A DNA stretch of 63,546 nt, the filler included, from Octopus bimaculoides (Eukaryota): NCBI RefSeq assembly GCF_001194135.2. It is 4 parts of 3 records of this genome, joined end to end, with 100 filler letters (N's around TTAATTAATTAA, not from the genome) between each part and the next. Parts side by side here need not be neighbours in the genome. Positions count along the whole stretch, not along the records: positions 1 to 30,170 come from NC_068981.1; 3 more parts are not named here. The stretch is one strand, 5' to 3'. Positions 12,049-23,840 of this stretch are shown in pieces; the stretch's first letter is position 1, and each line of letters opens with the position of its first letter. The translations under genes were made by a program, and so were the position numbers. Under the pieces are notes generated by a model that saw nothing but the letters and a program-made list of their open reading frames with translations, searched no databases and was not told where the DNA came from.

Positions 12049-12050
<2 letters not shown>

Positions 12051-12425
12051 GCGTAGGAGTGGGTGTGTGGTAAGTAGCATGCTTACGAATCACATGGTTC
12101 TGGGTTCAATCGCACTGTGTGGCACCTTGGGCAAGTGTCTTCTACTATAACCTCGGGCCGACCAAAGCCTTGAGTGGATTTGGTAGACAGAAACTGAAAG
12201 AAGCCTGTCGTATATATGTATGCGTGTGTATATGTTTGTCCCCCTACTATCACTTGACAACTGATGCTGGTGTGTTTATGTCCCCATAACATAGCAGTTT
12301 GGCAAAAGAGACCAATAGAATTAGTACTAGGCTTACAAAATATAAATCCTGGGGTCAATTTCTTCGACTAAAGGTAGTGCTCCAGCATGGCTGCAGTCAA
12401 ATGACTGAAACAAGTAAAAGAGTAT
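12049..12425 (+). mobile_element. SINE type A, full length
   Basis: Head GGCGTAGGAGTGGGTGTGTGGTAAG, B-box-like GGGTTCAATCGC, internal (TA/TG)n, tail CTCCAGCATGGCTGCAGTCAAATGACTGAAACAAGTAAAAGA. Confidence 0.9.
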
Positions 12426-12754
12426 ATACTGTGAGGATAAAACTTAAGAGAAAAACGACCAACAGGTCCATCAACAAAGTTCATTATTTCTCAAATTGTG
12501 CTTTTTTATACCTAATATCATTTTACATTGAAACTTAACAGTTAATTCATAATAAAAATATTGATAGTATGTAGTAATAATGATTCCTTTTCAAGATGTA
12601 CTTCCACATTCTTAAATCAGTAAAAATAAGCTCAGTATCTCATAGGAGCACATTTTATTGACACTAAAAGTAAAGACTCAAGATGAGAATTGCAAAGCAC
12701 TTCCAGATATCAGAGACAGTACAAAACTTTTCACCGAGATGTTGCTGCTGCTAT

Positions 12755-12925
12755 TGTTTAGCTCCAGACTGACTATTCCCACCACCAACATTGTCTTATT
12801 CTCCGATATGAAGCAATGTAGGGCCATATGAGCTTACATACTTTTTTCTTGAAACAGCAGGGTGTGATTTGAAGACTTAGTTGCTACTCCTAGTAGCCCA
12901 AGTAACCATATAGGGGCTCCCTTAT
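12755..12925 (+). repeat. family E repeat
   Basis: GTTTAGCTCCAG...CAGGGTGTGATTTGAAG...GCTACTCCTAGTAG...ACCATATAGGGGCTCCC. Confidence 0.55.
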
Positions 12926-13982
12926 TAACTTGAGTTTGCTCAGATATCAAGCATAGGTACCATTTTAACTACTTAATTGTAGTAGTAATAATAACAATAA
13001 TCATAATTTCAAAGATGGGTAATGATGTTTGGCTGGTATCAAAATTAGTATAAATATTTTTAAATATAACACAATTTTCAGTCAAAGATGGTGAGAGCAT
13101 TAACGTATCATTTAGTTATTAGTCATTAGAGTAGGCAATTACTTGGACATATTTAAAGCAAGCAAGCTACCAGTTACAATAGATTCTTTTTCCAACACAG
13201 AGGGCTAAACTTCAGCTGATTGGTTGACACCACACACACATACACCTGAAATATTCAACCCCTTTATGTGCTAAGGGGTTGGTGAGACAGCATCTGAGCT
13301 CCAACCTATTGTACTAGTAATCTAAAGTATCATGTGAGTATTTCAAATGGCTCCAGGACAAGATACACACACACACACTCACATGACCATATACACATAA
13401 TCAGTTTATATACACTCATGGACTAACACATATACAATACATGCATACAAACTCATACACAAAGAGAAGCACTCAGTCATTCTCAGTTAAAAGGACTAAT
13501 AATAAAATATAGACACACACATACATATACAGATTCATAAACACTAACATGCTTAATTACATACATATTTTCAGTTAGAAAGAGAGAAGAGACTAAATAA
13601 ACCAGGCAAATAGGAATTTGTATATATTTGTTTTACAAAGAATTTTATATAAATATATATTTTTATATTATAATATCTTAAACAAGTGCACAGGATATAT
13701 TCCCCAAACTTGCAAAGTAAGCAACTTTATTTTCTCTCACTTTTGTGTATGTGTGTGTAGATCAATTGATAAATAGTTACTCTATTTGATGGTATATTAG
13801 ACACACACAAATTTCAGCAACATATATTCATGAAATCAGAAGTTTTTAGTGCATTAAAGCATGTAATATAAGCCCCATTTTGCATGTAGAACTGTAGGTA
13901 ATTTTTTTGAGACATTTCTTTTGGTAAAAAGTGTGTCTTATATGACATCAAATATAGTTTACATATATCTCATTCTTTCTGT

Positions 13983-14018
<36 letters not shown>

Positions 14019-14162
14019 CTACAGAGTTTGACATTTTTTTTCTTCATCTACTGGTTACAAAGTACTGTGGCCATGCTGATGCATCACTTTTTAAAGTGAT
14101 GCCTCAGAACTTCACTGGCATCAACCTCAGTACTTCACTGGCATTGCTTGTTGTTCCCTCAC

Positions 14163-14214
14163 CTGTCTTTGTCTTTTGCTTTCTGTACATTTGAACCGTA
14201 TATATTTTATCAAC
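14163..14214 (-). CDS. candidate 52-bp exon inside a 101-codon minus ORF (unverified)
   Basis: Minus strand: TTTATCTTCTCCCATTCGTTTTTCCAAG|GTTGATAAA...AAGACAG|GTGAGG; open frames VDKIYTVQMYRKQKTKT or LIKYIRFKCTESKRQRQ. Confidence 0.25.
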
Positions 14215-14589
14215 CTTGGAAAAACGAATGGGAGAAGATAAATTTAAGTAGGATTTGAACTCAATATAAAGGGACATAATTAAATACCACAAAGTATTTT
14301 GTCCACTACTCTTGTGATCTGTTATCTTCTGTTTTATATATCGCTTTTTCTCACTATACTTGTCTAATATTATTACTCTGCCAAATCCTGAATTCTTTGA
14401 AACAAACAAGGCATTTCACAACTCCTGCTATTGGTAATCGTATATATAATAATGATTGTTATCTAAGCTCTAAACAATATTTTGGGACAATCTAAAGGTG
14501 TGCTTTTAAGGAAATCTGTGTATCATTTCTAGTAAATCAAGCTACTACATACAAGTATCCCTTGTTAGCACACACACACACACAACTAT

Positions 14590-14820
14590 AGGGTGTGATT
14601 TAAGGGAGATTTGACTGCTATTTATAGTAGATCTGGCTATCACATAGAGGTCTCTCTCAATGGCTTATATAAGACAGTACAGAGTGGTTTGAAGAAAATT
14701 TCGCAACTATTTCTAATAAATGTAGCTACATTGCAATCATTTCCCTCACTCATACGTAAAATCATATGGTATAAATTGAAGGTGATTTGGCTGCTATTTC
14801 TAGCAGGTCAAAATAGCAAG
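14590..14820 (+). repeat. two family E 3' fragments
   Basis: AGGGTGTGATTTAAGGGAGATTTGACTGCTATTTATAG at 14590 and GAAGGTGATTTGGCTGCTATTTCTAGCAGGTC at 14778. Confidence 0.6.
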
Positions 14821-15771
14821 CTCAAGCTTCTTTAATTTGGTTCCCCACTCCTCTTATTGAAAACATATATATTTAGTTAACACACAAAACACTAGAATAA
14901 TACATATAAGGTAGGTAGAGTAACCAAAATTTTTCATTTCATTTCATTTCAAAGTTTCAGCTCAGAGCTGCGGCCATGCTGATGCACCACCGTGTAAATA
15001 TATATTTTGAAAAGAATTTTTTTTCCCAAGCATAACCTCCAATGTGTAAAACACAAATACAAAAATTGATCTGCAAAAAAAAAAAAAAAAAAATTATTAG
15101 AGGCAAATGCATGAGGTTGTGAGTTCGATTCCCAGCAACTAATGTATATTACCCATTGATACATAGTATCCAGAAAAATGGTCGCAGGAAAAATTACTAT
15201 TACTTGTTTTGTACATGTGTGTAGTTGGTTTGTTTGTACGCAGCACCTGCTCACTCATAGAGCACTAGTTTAGAGGCAGACTGCGCAAAAAATAAGCTCA
15301 ATAGGTAGTTTACTTAATAAGCAGTAGTAATTTTTCTTGCGTCCATTTTTCTGGACGCTATGTGTTAATGAGTAAAAAGCAATTAGCTGCTATGAAACTG
15401 TCACTATGGCTGAATTTTGTAGAAATACAGACAAGCCATTCACTCAGATAAATACTGAGTAAAATTTGTATGCAGGGTTAACTCTCCTTATATAAACTGC
15501 ATATTGTTTATATACATAACTGTGTTGCCCTCCATCTCTCTCTCTCTCTGCCTGTTGCTTTTATATTATAATACTGTAAAAGACGGACATTATGTTGTTC
15601 ACACTGATGTCAGTTTCATGCAAATCTATAATTCAATGATTTAATTATTATAACTTTTATGTACCTAATTGTAGGTGTGTTGCCATTTCTCTCTCCTCCC
15701 TCTCTGACTGCCTATCCCCCACCAATGAAGGACTATAAGCTAAAAATATTTTCATTATTTTCTTAATATCA

Positions 15772-15814
<43 letters not shown>

Positions 15815-16178
15815 NNNNNNNNNNNNNNNNNNNNNNNNNNNNNNNNNNNNNNNNNNNNNNNNNNNNNNNNNNNNNNNNNNNNNNNNNNNNNNNNNNNNNN
15901 NNNNNNNNNNNNNNNNNNNNNNNNNNNNNNNNNNNNNNNNNNNNNNNNNNNNNNNNNNNNNNNNNNNNNNNNNNNNNNNNNNNNNNNNNNNNNNNNNNNN
16001 NNNNNNNNNNNNNNNNNNNNNNNNNNNNNNNNNNNNNNNNNNNNNNNNNNNNNNNNNNNNNNNNNNNNNNNNNNNNNNNNNNNNNNNNNNNNNNNNNNNN
16101 NNNNNNNNNNNNNNNNNNNNNNNNNNNNNNNNNNNNNNNNNNNNNNNNNNNNNNNNNNNNNNNNNNNNNNNNNNNNNN

Positions 16179-16212
<34 letters not shown>

Positions 16213-16314
16213 ATCTTGATTGTTTTTCTTTACTATTTCACATTTTCTGTTCTTTATGATGATACAAAGTGATATCTGGTTATTTTATTCACATAAAATT
16301 TCTTGCTTTCATCA

Positions 16315-16955
16315 CAGTCATCATCTAACATCCGTCTTTCATTCTGGCATGGGTTGGGTGGTTTGAGAGGGGCTGGCAAGCCCCAAAACTGCACCAAGCT
16401 CGATTGTCTGTTTTGGTATGGTTTCTACAGTTGGTTGCTCTTCCTAACAACAACACTTTTACAAACTGTGCGGGGTGCTTTTTATGTGGCACCAACATTG
16501 GTGCCTTTTACATAGCACCAGCATCAGCAGGGTTGCCATATAACTTGAAAGACAAAGACCGCTAGGCTAGGAGAAGGAGTGGTACTGAGGGAGGCGGCTT
16601 TGTGCTAGTAGAGAGAGGTTAAAGTATAATAGAGGGGTGTTTCACTATAGAGCAGATACTTGGCTATCTCAGTAGGAAAAGAACAGAGAGGAAAGAGATT
16701 GAGGCAGAGAGAAAGATATAGAGTGAGTGTGAGAGAGAGAGAGGAGAAATAGATGGTATTGAAGATGCATCGGGACCTATCCACAGAGTACAGAGGGGAT
16801 AGAGAAGAATGTTTCGAGATGGGAAAGAAATGACTGTAGCAAGTAATGGTGAGAGAAATTGGAGTGGCTGGGGTTAGTATTGTAGGTATGCGAGGGCATG
16901 GAGAGTGTAGAGGTAAGTATGTGAGGGAGAGTGGAGGGGTCCACAATGGATGGTA
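16315..16955 (-). mobile_element. composite repeat (pyrimidine-rich body plus RTE-type tail), reverse orientation
   Basis: RTE tail 16315-16545 (CATCCGTCTTTCATTCTGGCATGGGTTGG) followed by a G/A-rich body whose reverse complement contains CACAAAGCCGCCTCCCTCAGTACC. Confidence 0.65.
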
Positions 16956-17596
16956 AGTGGTTGGGAAACTGAATCAAAAAGCAATAATACAGGGCTTGAT
17001 AAGACCCTTTAGTCCTTCCAAGGGTAAAACAACCTCTACAATGCTGGTATCACAGACAGATACATCTAATACATTCTGTAGAGTAGTTGGTGCTCAGAAA
17101 GACATCCAGCTGTTCAGAAAGAGATTCAAATGTTCAGAAGGACAACCAGATGTTCAGATGACAGAACTGGAGCAGGATGTGGTCTTCCAACTGATGAAAT
17201 GCTGCTGAACATAAGTGGAAATAAAATGAGGATGCATATACGCTTTTCTAAACTTCAATGATGAAATCGGGGGCTTTAAAATCTTAGCAAAACATTAAAT
17301 CCCAGTCAACTTGGTCTTTCCCCAAAATTTAACTCAAGTATCAGCATAGAGTTACCCTCATCAGTAAATGTTCCATTGTTATTTTCAAACTTACTTTAAA
17401 ACAAACTTATTTTAACATTTACACACATTCATTACTCTTTCTTTTGATTAAAACAACTACATTCATCTTGGATCTCTTTCCAGTTTCCTTTCCAACAATT
17501 GGCATCAACAATCAATAAAAATTAAAGAATGAAATATGTATTGAGTTGTCTAATAACTATCTTTCTATTTCAAAACTATACCCATACACATGTGTG

Positions 17597-18485
17597 CACT
17601 AGGTTTGTTCAAAAAGTATCTCGCTATTTTTTTCACACCAAGACTAATGCCGTGGGGGCAAAATCCTTTGTGTCAGAGATGACACCACTCTTCCTGCACG
17701 TACATGAGAATTATCACACCAGTAGGCCTTGTCAGTTCTCAGCTGATATACCTAGAGTACAGACATGCAGTGTGTGCTTGTCAGATTTTCATTTACACTA
17801 AATGCATCAAGCAGAGATATTACATCAAGTTTTGCCAAAATGTTGATGACACTCAAGCTCAAACAATCCAGAAGATTCAGCAGATTTTTGACAATGATGT
17901 TATAGGAAAAACTCAGATCAAGGAGTTGTACAACCACTTCAAGAATGGCCCATCTCAGTGGAGAATAAGGTAAACTCAGGCAGGCCATCCACAAGCCAAA
18001 ATGAGGAGCCAATTGAGAAGATTCAGTGAATTGTCATGAAAGACCATCATGTAGCAATCTAGAAAATCGCTCACACAGTAGGTATAAGCACAGTTCTTTC
18101 CATTTCAACACAGGATTTGTGCCTGCAGAGAGTGTTGATGAAATTCATCCCCGAGGTGCTGGTGGAACAGCAGAAGCAACTCCATATGGAAATCACTTGG
18201 GACATGCTGGATTGTGTAAACCATGACCCAGATTTCATGGAGACTATCATCCTGGTGATGGAACATGGGTTTATGGACTCTGCTTGATGTGTTTGGACAT
18301 CGTGTGTGAAAACAAAAATATGATGAGCATCTGTTCTCTAGGTAGGAACTGATGCAGCCTACTAACATGAAAATTTCCAAGCATGCACAAAAGTGTGGCA
18401 TCACCTCTCACCCAAAGGATTTTGCCCACACAGCATTAGTTTTGGCAGGGAAAAATAGTCTGATACTTTTTGAATGCACCACATG
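17597..18485 (+). mobile_element. mariner (Tc1/mariner) DNA transposon, internally deleted and decayed
   Basis: Inverted termini GTTCAAAAAGTATC (17607) and GATACTTTTTGAA (18462); transposase remnants QRYYIKFCQ...YNHFKNG...GRPSTS...KFIPEVL...DPDFMETII..G.WVYG. Confidence 0.9.
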
Positions 18486-18610
18486 CACATGCATGTGCGT
18501 GTGTGTGTACATATCTCAATGTTTGATTTTATGTTCATTCATCATAAAAATAATTTTACATTAATCTGGAAGGTTACTCCATACTTTTGTAGAGTAAAGA
18601 TTTATTGCTT

Positions 18611-18731
18611 TTTAATAAGAATAGTATTGACAGTGATTTTGAAGTTTCAATCAGCAAGCTATCATTGAACAGTCTGATGATGGTTTAGCAAGCCAAAACT
18701 TCAAAGTCATTGTCAATATTATTCCTGTTAA
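18611..18731. mobile_element. ~120-bp fold-back MITE
   Basis: Arms AATAGTATTGACAGTGATTTTGAAGTTT and AAACTTCAAAGTCATTGTCAATATTATT are inverted repeats with TTAA at both outer ends; a half copy lies near 28700. Confidence 0.7.
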
Positions 18732-18799
18732 AGAATAGAGTGTGTGTGTGTGTAAGAGAAAGAGAGAGAGAAATCTAGCAGAGTATATTACATTATTTA

Positions 18800-19000
18800 G
18801 ACTATTTTAGCCTAGGTAAGCCCTGAGAGAGCAGTCCTATGATCAAAGGTAATAAGTGTGGCTATTCCATCTTTTTCATGATCATTGCATATCTGGGAAT
18901 ACATTATCTGATATGGTACTCCCTTTCCAGAGTATAATTTGAGGAAGATTTGACTGCTATTCCTAGCAAATCAAATGACCATATACAGACTCCCTCATAA
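18800..19000 (+). repeat. family E repeat (most complete copy)
   Basis: TTTAGCCTAGGTAAGCCCTGAGAGAGCAGTCCTATGATCAAAGG...GATTTGACTGCTATTCCTAGCAAATCAAATGACCATATACAGACTCCCTC. Confidence 0.6.
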
Positions 19001-19354
19001 GTAAAAACTCCTAAATAAGCTTGCTTTCAAGATTGTCTACTCTCACTTCTCAAAACATTCCACTTCATCACAGTTCCATAAACTTAATAAGCCACTGAGG
19101 TACCGTTAAGTTCTTCACCAAAATTTAGTGATTCAATGGAATAATATACTCAAAGGATTTACATTGCTTATTATGGATCTAAGGGAAGACCTAAACACAG
19201 CACTTAAAACTAACAAAACGTTTGCTAGTACTCTAAAGTCCATAAAGCCTACAACAGGATATTGTATTTTCCAATAGTACCTGTTTACAGAGAGACAGCT
19301 GTGCTATTGAACATTATACATCTTTATCTGTGATAGTTTTAATCAGCATCTGAT

Positions 19355-19820
19355 TTAACCCTTTTGTTACTGTATTCATTTTGAGACAGTGTAACCGGGA
19401 CTACACTCTCCAATGTATCTTTCTGTTTTTAAAAAGTAGAGTGTGATTTGAAGGGGATCTGGCAATTTTTCCTAGCAGATCTAGCTAAGATCATTGCTAG
19501 TTGAATCTATAGTGATATAAGTTAATTTATTCAATTGTTGTTGTTATACTTCAGTCATTATCAATATAAAGTTCTTTGCTGTCCTCTAGACGTGATTTAT
19601 GCATAGATATTAACCGTGTTATTGCATTTCTAAAAAACAAGGCACTGTCTCTGTTTTAATTCCTTTCAAAATAATGAAGGATTTGGAGAAATTTAGTAAA
19701 ATAACTTCTACATTATTAGTTAGTGTTAGGAATATAAATTAAGGTTATCTAAAATTATAGTTGAAGGTTTTAATTAAAATATAACACTTTAAAGCAAGAG
19801 GTTTTTATATCATAGACAAT
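19355..19820 (-). mobile_element. piggyBac-like non-autonomous element, interrupted by a family E piece
   Basis: TTAA+CCCTTTTGTTACTGTATTCATTTTGAG terminus at 19355; 19640-19810 is the reverse complement of the 28981-29205 body. Confidence 0.55.
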
Positions 19821-20059
19821 CCCTTGGCATGAAAATGATAAAGTGTTTTTAGATGTTTTCATGGCAATTTTTAAATCATATCATTATACATTTGCATGTC
19901 AATCATCGTAAATTGTTATGTGATGGAAAGAGTTAAGAGAGCAATAGCTTATATTTTGAAAAGGATAAGATGGCAGATATTTTCTTGAGAATTCTGAACA
20001 TCTGTTGAAATAGTGTGCTACAGGGTTAGAATGTAATCAGAATTGAAGTATTCTGTGGT

Positions 20060-20430
20060 TCTAAGGTTCAAGTAGGATGCACATTGGAGTACTGCTCAAA
20101 CATCTTGATTGGCATTGTTGCTATACACAGGAGCATTCAAGAATACATCTAAAAGAGAGCCATTCAACTGACTGGTAAAGACTCACTCATCAACATGCTA
20201 CAACTGCTGACCTACATGTGCTATCATTTCTACCTATTCTATCACTGATACAACCATCACCGTTTCTTTGAACTTAGATGGTTGAATACTATCTCCACTA
20301 AGCTACCCAACACACCTGTCTCTTCTCTTCTCATCCAGTCTATAACTCATTGTCCAGGCACTGTAGTAACCGTTGTGCTCAATCTTGCCTCTACTAACCT
20401 ATTTCCTACAGACATTGATTTACAAGATGT
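20060..20430 (+). pseudogene. CR1/L2-like LINE ORF2 C-terminal relic, heavily mutated
   Basis: Frameshifted translation: Q(V)GCTLEYCSNI...KRAIQLTGKDSL...LFY(H)*YNH...YPTHLSLL..HP. Confidence 0.55.
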
Positions 20431-21697
20431 TCAAGCTAAGTGGAGTTGTCAGGAATGAAAGCTAACATTTTTAGCAACTTGGAGGGTTTTAATTGCAATA
20501 TTGTAGTACCTCACCTTCTCAAGGGTGAGGTACAAGATTTTTTTCTTCTTCATATGAGCAGTGATTGTGCCATTGTGCTCTTGAAAGAAATTAGGTTGTT
20601 ATGTCTCCATTAGAGAATATTTTCAGTATCCTTTTATGAAAGCAATGAAGTTTGACATGAAATGACTAGATTACATGGAGATATTATCTGCGTAGAAGGT
20701 TAAAGAGGATCAAGCTATAAGCTAATAATATTAGTGCTTGATCTCTTAGCCACATCTCAATTGGACATAGTATGTTGCCACATCATCTAAAAATGCCTTA
20801 ATATCAGTGTTACATTTTATCATAAAGTATAATAATAATTGAAATAAAATCTGTTACAAGAAGGCAAACAAATTGTTTTTTACTGAATATGACTCAGTAA
20901 TTTCTCTACAATATAAAGTTTCAATGCCTAAGTATTCTTTTAATGTTTTACTAAAGCTCAGCAACATTTTTTGCAGTATATTTTATGATGAGTTCTTATA
21001 TATTTTATTTATGCATTTGCTTTGAACAAAAACAAGTTTTAGAGCCCAAAGTTCCTATGACAATTCCTTTAGAATTAATGTATCTGTTTCCCATAAATCA
21101 TATTACTAAAATATGACTATTTTTTACCAACTTTGAACTTCTAAACTTTTTAGTTACAATGTATCTTAGGTTATTTCATTGATTTATATTCTTTAAGAAC
21201 CATATAACCCTTGCGTATCTCTTTTAGGACCACAGATTAGTTGAAAGGATATTTTTAAGAGCCTAATATAAGATTATAACTCAAAATTACTTTAGTAAAA
21301 AAAAAAAAAATTCAAAAATTAATTCCTAAGATCATCAAATTCTTTGATAAAATTATGAAAGAATTATTATTGAATATTAACACAGGTGGCTTCATTTGGC
21401 TATATATGCAGAGTTAATAATATATGCATACACTCTGAACACTAAAACTACATGTAGACTTCAAATCATTTGCGTTCAACAAAATACACAAGAAAATAAA
21501 CTTAAAACATTCTACTTCTCAGACTACATTAATTTGAAACCCTAGAATAAAAAGTTTTACAGTTACATAACAATTTTAAAAAGTAATATTTTACCTGCAG
21601 AAGGAAATGCAACAAATATCAAACTACCTCATGTAAAGATAACTGATTGATTCCCAAATCAATAAAACTATTTGAATATGTTCATTGTTTTCAACAG

Positions 21698-21823
21698 GTC
21701 TATGTTAACAAATATCAAGAGTTTGGATTTAGGTGCTATGTAGGAGTTGAAATACAAGGCTATAAAACTCAATCCTCAGTTAAATTTTTGCAAACAATAG
21801 ATGAAACAATCAGTATTGAATGA
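21698..21823 (+). CDS. candidate exon, terminal or shorter internal (unverified)
   Basis: Acceptor TTCATTGTTTTCAACAG, then open VYVNKYQEFGFRCYVGVEIQGYKTQSSVKFLQTIDETISIE*; alternative frame SMLTNIKSLDL ending at TTAG|GTGC. Confidence 0.2.
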   Translation, partial: VYVNKYQEFGFRCYVGVEIQGYKTQSSVKFLQTIDETISIE

Positions 21824-22585
21824 ACAAAAAGCTCTATTGAATAAATTATTCCTTCCATTCTATAACAAATCAATGCTGAATTTTAACATCTATTTACATA
21901 GACAAAAGACATTGAAAAGTATCAAAAGTGAAAATAATAATAATATTCAATATTTCAAATACTTTATAGTTACTGATATTGTTGTTGTGGTTATATGTTT
22001 GTAACTGTCACTGCTAATGATGCCATTCCATTACAATAGAATTATACACAACTTTGTTGAAGATTTCCAATTATCTATTGTATTCAAAATTTATATACAT
22101 CTATACATGTCTACATTTGTATCTCTGAATAATGGCTCATTTGTTTTGTTTTGTTTTGTTTTTTTATGTGCTAGAGGCTTTATGCAAAATTACACTACTA
22201 TTTTTATAATATATTTTATTGGCAATGAGAGGAGGAAAACTTATATACAAAAAATTCTTTTGTTACATTTACAGAAATAAGCCAAATTTTTAAAACATAT
22301 AATCTTGTGAGGTGCGCTAATTCTTGACTGGTTTTCCTACTAACATGCTAACAACCTGCCCATTTATACTCTGTTTTATTCAGAAACCTACTCATTTTTT
22401 AGTCTTATGACCAAAATAAGCTATAAATGCAATAGTCACGAGACCTATTTATCATAACCTCAGTTTAGCATTTCACAGGAAAATACACTTGTTTAGAGGA
22501 CTCACTGAACTTAGCAACTAAATATTTAAGGTAGGATTACAAACATTTACTTGTGAGTTACATTTCTTGGATAATTTTTCCATTG

Positions 22586-22621
<36 letters not shown>

Positions 22622-22663
22622 GTGTGAGTGTACATGTATGTATATTTACATATTTATATTCAG

Positions 22664-22711
22664 ATAAAGGTGATGATTACTCAGAGATTGTTACTATGTT
22701 TGATCATTCAG
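22664..22711 (+). CDS. candidate 48-bp symmetric exon (unverified)
   Basis: TATTTATATTCAG|ATAAAGG...CATTCAG|GTAACA; frame (D)KGDDYSEIVTMFDHS(G). Confidence 0.25.
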
Positions 22712-22825
22712 GTAACATCTTTTTGTTAATTAAATGATCACACATTGTAAATCTTAGAGTGGATCATCAACTATTTCCAAAACAAAATCTATCAATTTCT
22801 ATGCATATACACACACACATACAGA

Positions 22826-22868
<43 letters not shown>

Positions 22869-22969
22869 CGCACACATACATATATGTATACACACACACA
22901 TGGTGTAACTGAATCCAGTGATTAGAGATCATGTCTTGCAAGAGCTCACATATTTAACTGTTTTATAGA

Positions 22970-23320
22970 TGCAAGTGTGGCTGTGTGGTAAGAAGTTTGT
23001 TTCAGTCACATGGTTCTAGGTTCAGTCTCACTGTGTGGCACCTTGGGTGAGCGTTTTCTACGATAGCCCTTGGCTGACCAAAGACTTATGAGTGGATTTG
23101 ATAGTCAGAAACTGAAAGAAACCTCTTGTATGTATATACATGTATATATCTATGTATGTGTGTCTTTGTGTTTGTCCCCTCACCACTGCTTGACTAAATG
23201 TGTTGGTTCGCTTATGTCCCCATAATTTAATAGTTCAGCAAAATGAGACCGGGTCAATTTAGTTGACTAAATACTTCAAGATGGTACCCCAGCATAGTTA
23301 CAGTCCTATGACAAACAAGA
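22970..23320 (+). mobile_element. SINE type A, CpG-decayed
   Basis: GTGTGGCTGTGTGGTAAGAAG...GGTTCAGTCTCACTGTGTGGCACCTTGG...CCCCAGCATAGTTACAGTC. Confidence 0.85.
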
Positions 23321-23322
23321 TA

Positions 23323-23555
23323 TACAGGGTGGCCCAAAAGTAGGTTTACAGTTATCATGTAGGCACTTCAAATTTCTTTGAAAACATTTTATTACATTTA
23401 AATTTCTATCTTACAAACTGAAAAAGGAGCTTGACAAAATTAACTAAATTGGCATAGAATAATGGTTCCATGTTATTTTATAATTAAGATCTAAACTGTT
23501 AATATATGAATGCGCAAGAGATAGTTGAATAACTGTAAACCTACTTTCGACCACC

Positions 23556-23560
<5 letters not shown>
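23323..23560. mobile_element. Tc1/mariner-type MITE with TA target duplication
   Basis: TA-CAGGGTGGCCCAAAAGTAGGTTTACAGTTA ... TAACTGTAAACCTACTTTCGACCACCCTG-TA; ~29-bp terminal inverted repeats. Confidence 0.9.
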
Positions 23561-23617
<57 letters not shown>

Positions 23618-23624
23618 GTGCATC

Positions 23625-23840
23625 AACATCATCATTTAGTATCCATTTCCCATGCTGGCATGGGTTAAACAGTTTGACTGGAACTACTGGTAAGTCAGAA
23701 AGCTGCACCAGGCTCCAGTCTGATTTTGGCTTGGTTTCTACAGCTGGATGCCCTTCTTAACGCCAACCACTCAGAGTGTGCAGTGGGTGCCTTTTACGTG
23801 TCATTGGCACAGGTGCCTTTCATGTGTCACTGGCATTGAT
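23625..23840 (-). mobile_element. RTE-tail SINE copy
   Basis: CATCATCA...TTTCCCATGCTGGCATGGG...CTACAGCTGGATGCCCTTCTTAACGCCAACCAC. Confidence 0.8.

Noticed and set aside
13256-13281. CAACCCCTT/AAGGGGTTG 9-bp hairpin
   Set aside because: Isolated short stem expected by chance in 63 kb.
13985-14194. ORF ending in a hydrophobic, GPI-signal-like tail
   Set aside because: Starts in a (TG)n tract and includes a SINE-tail-like piece; hydrophobicity is explained by T-richness.
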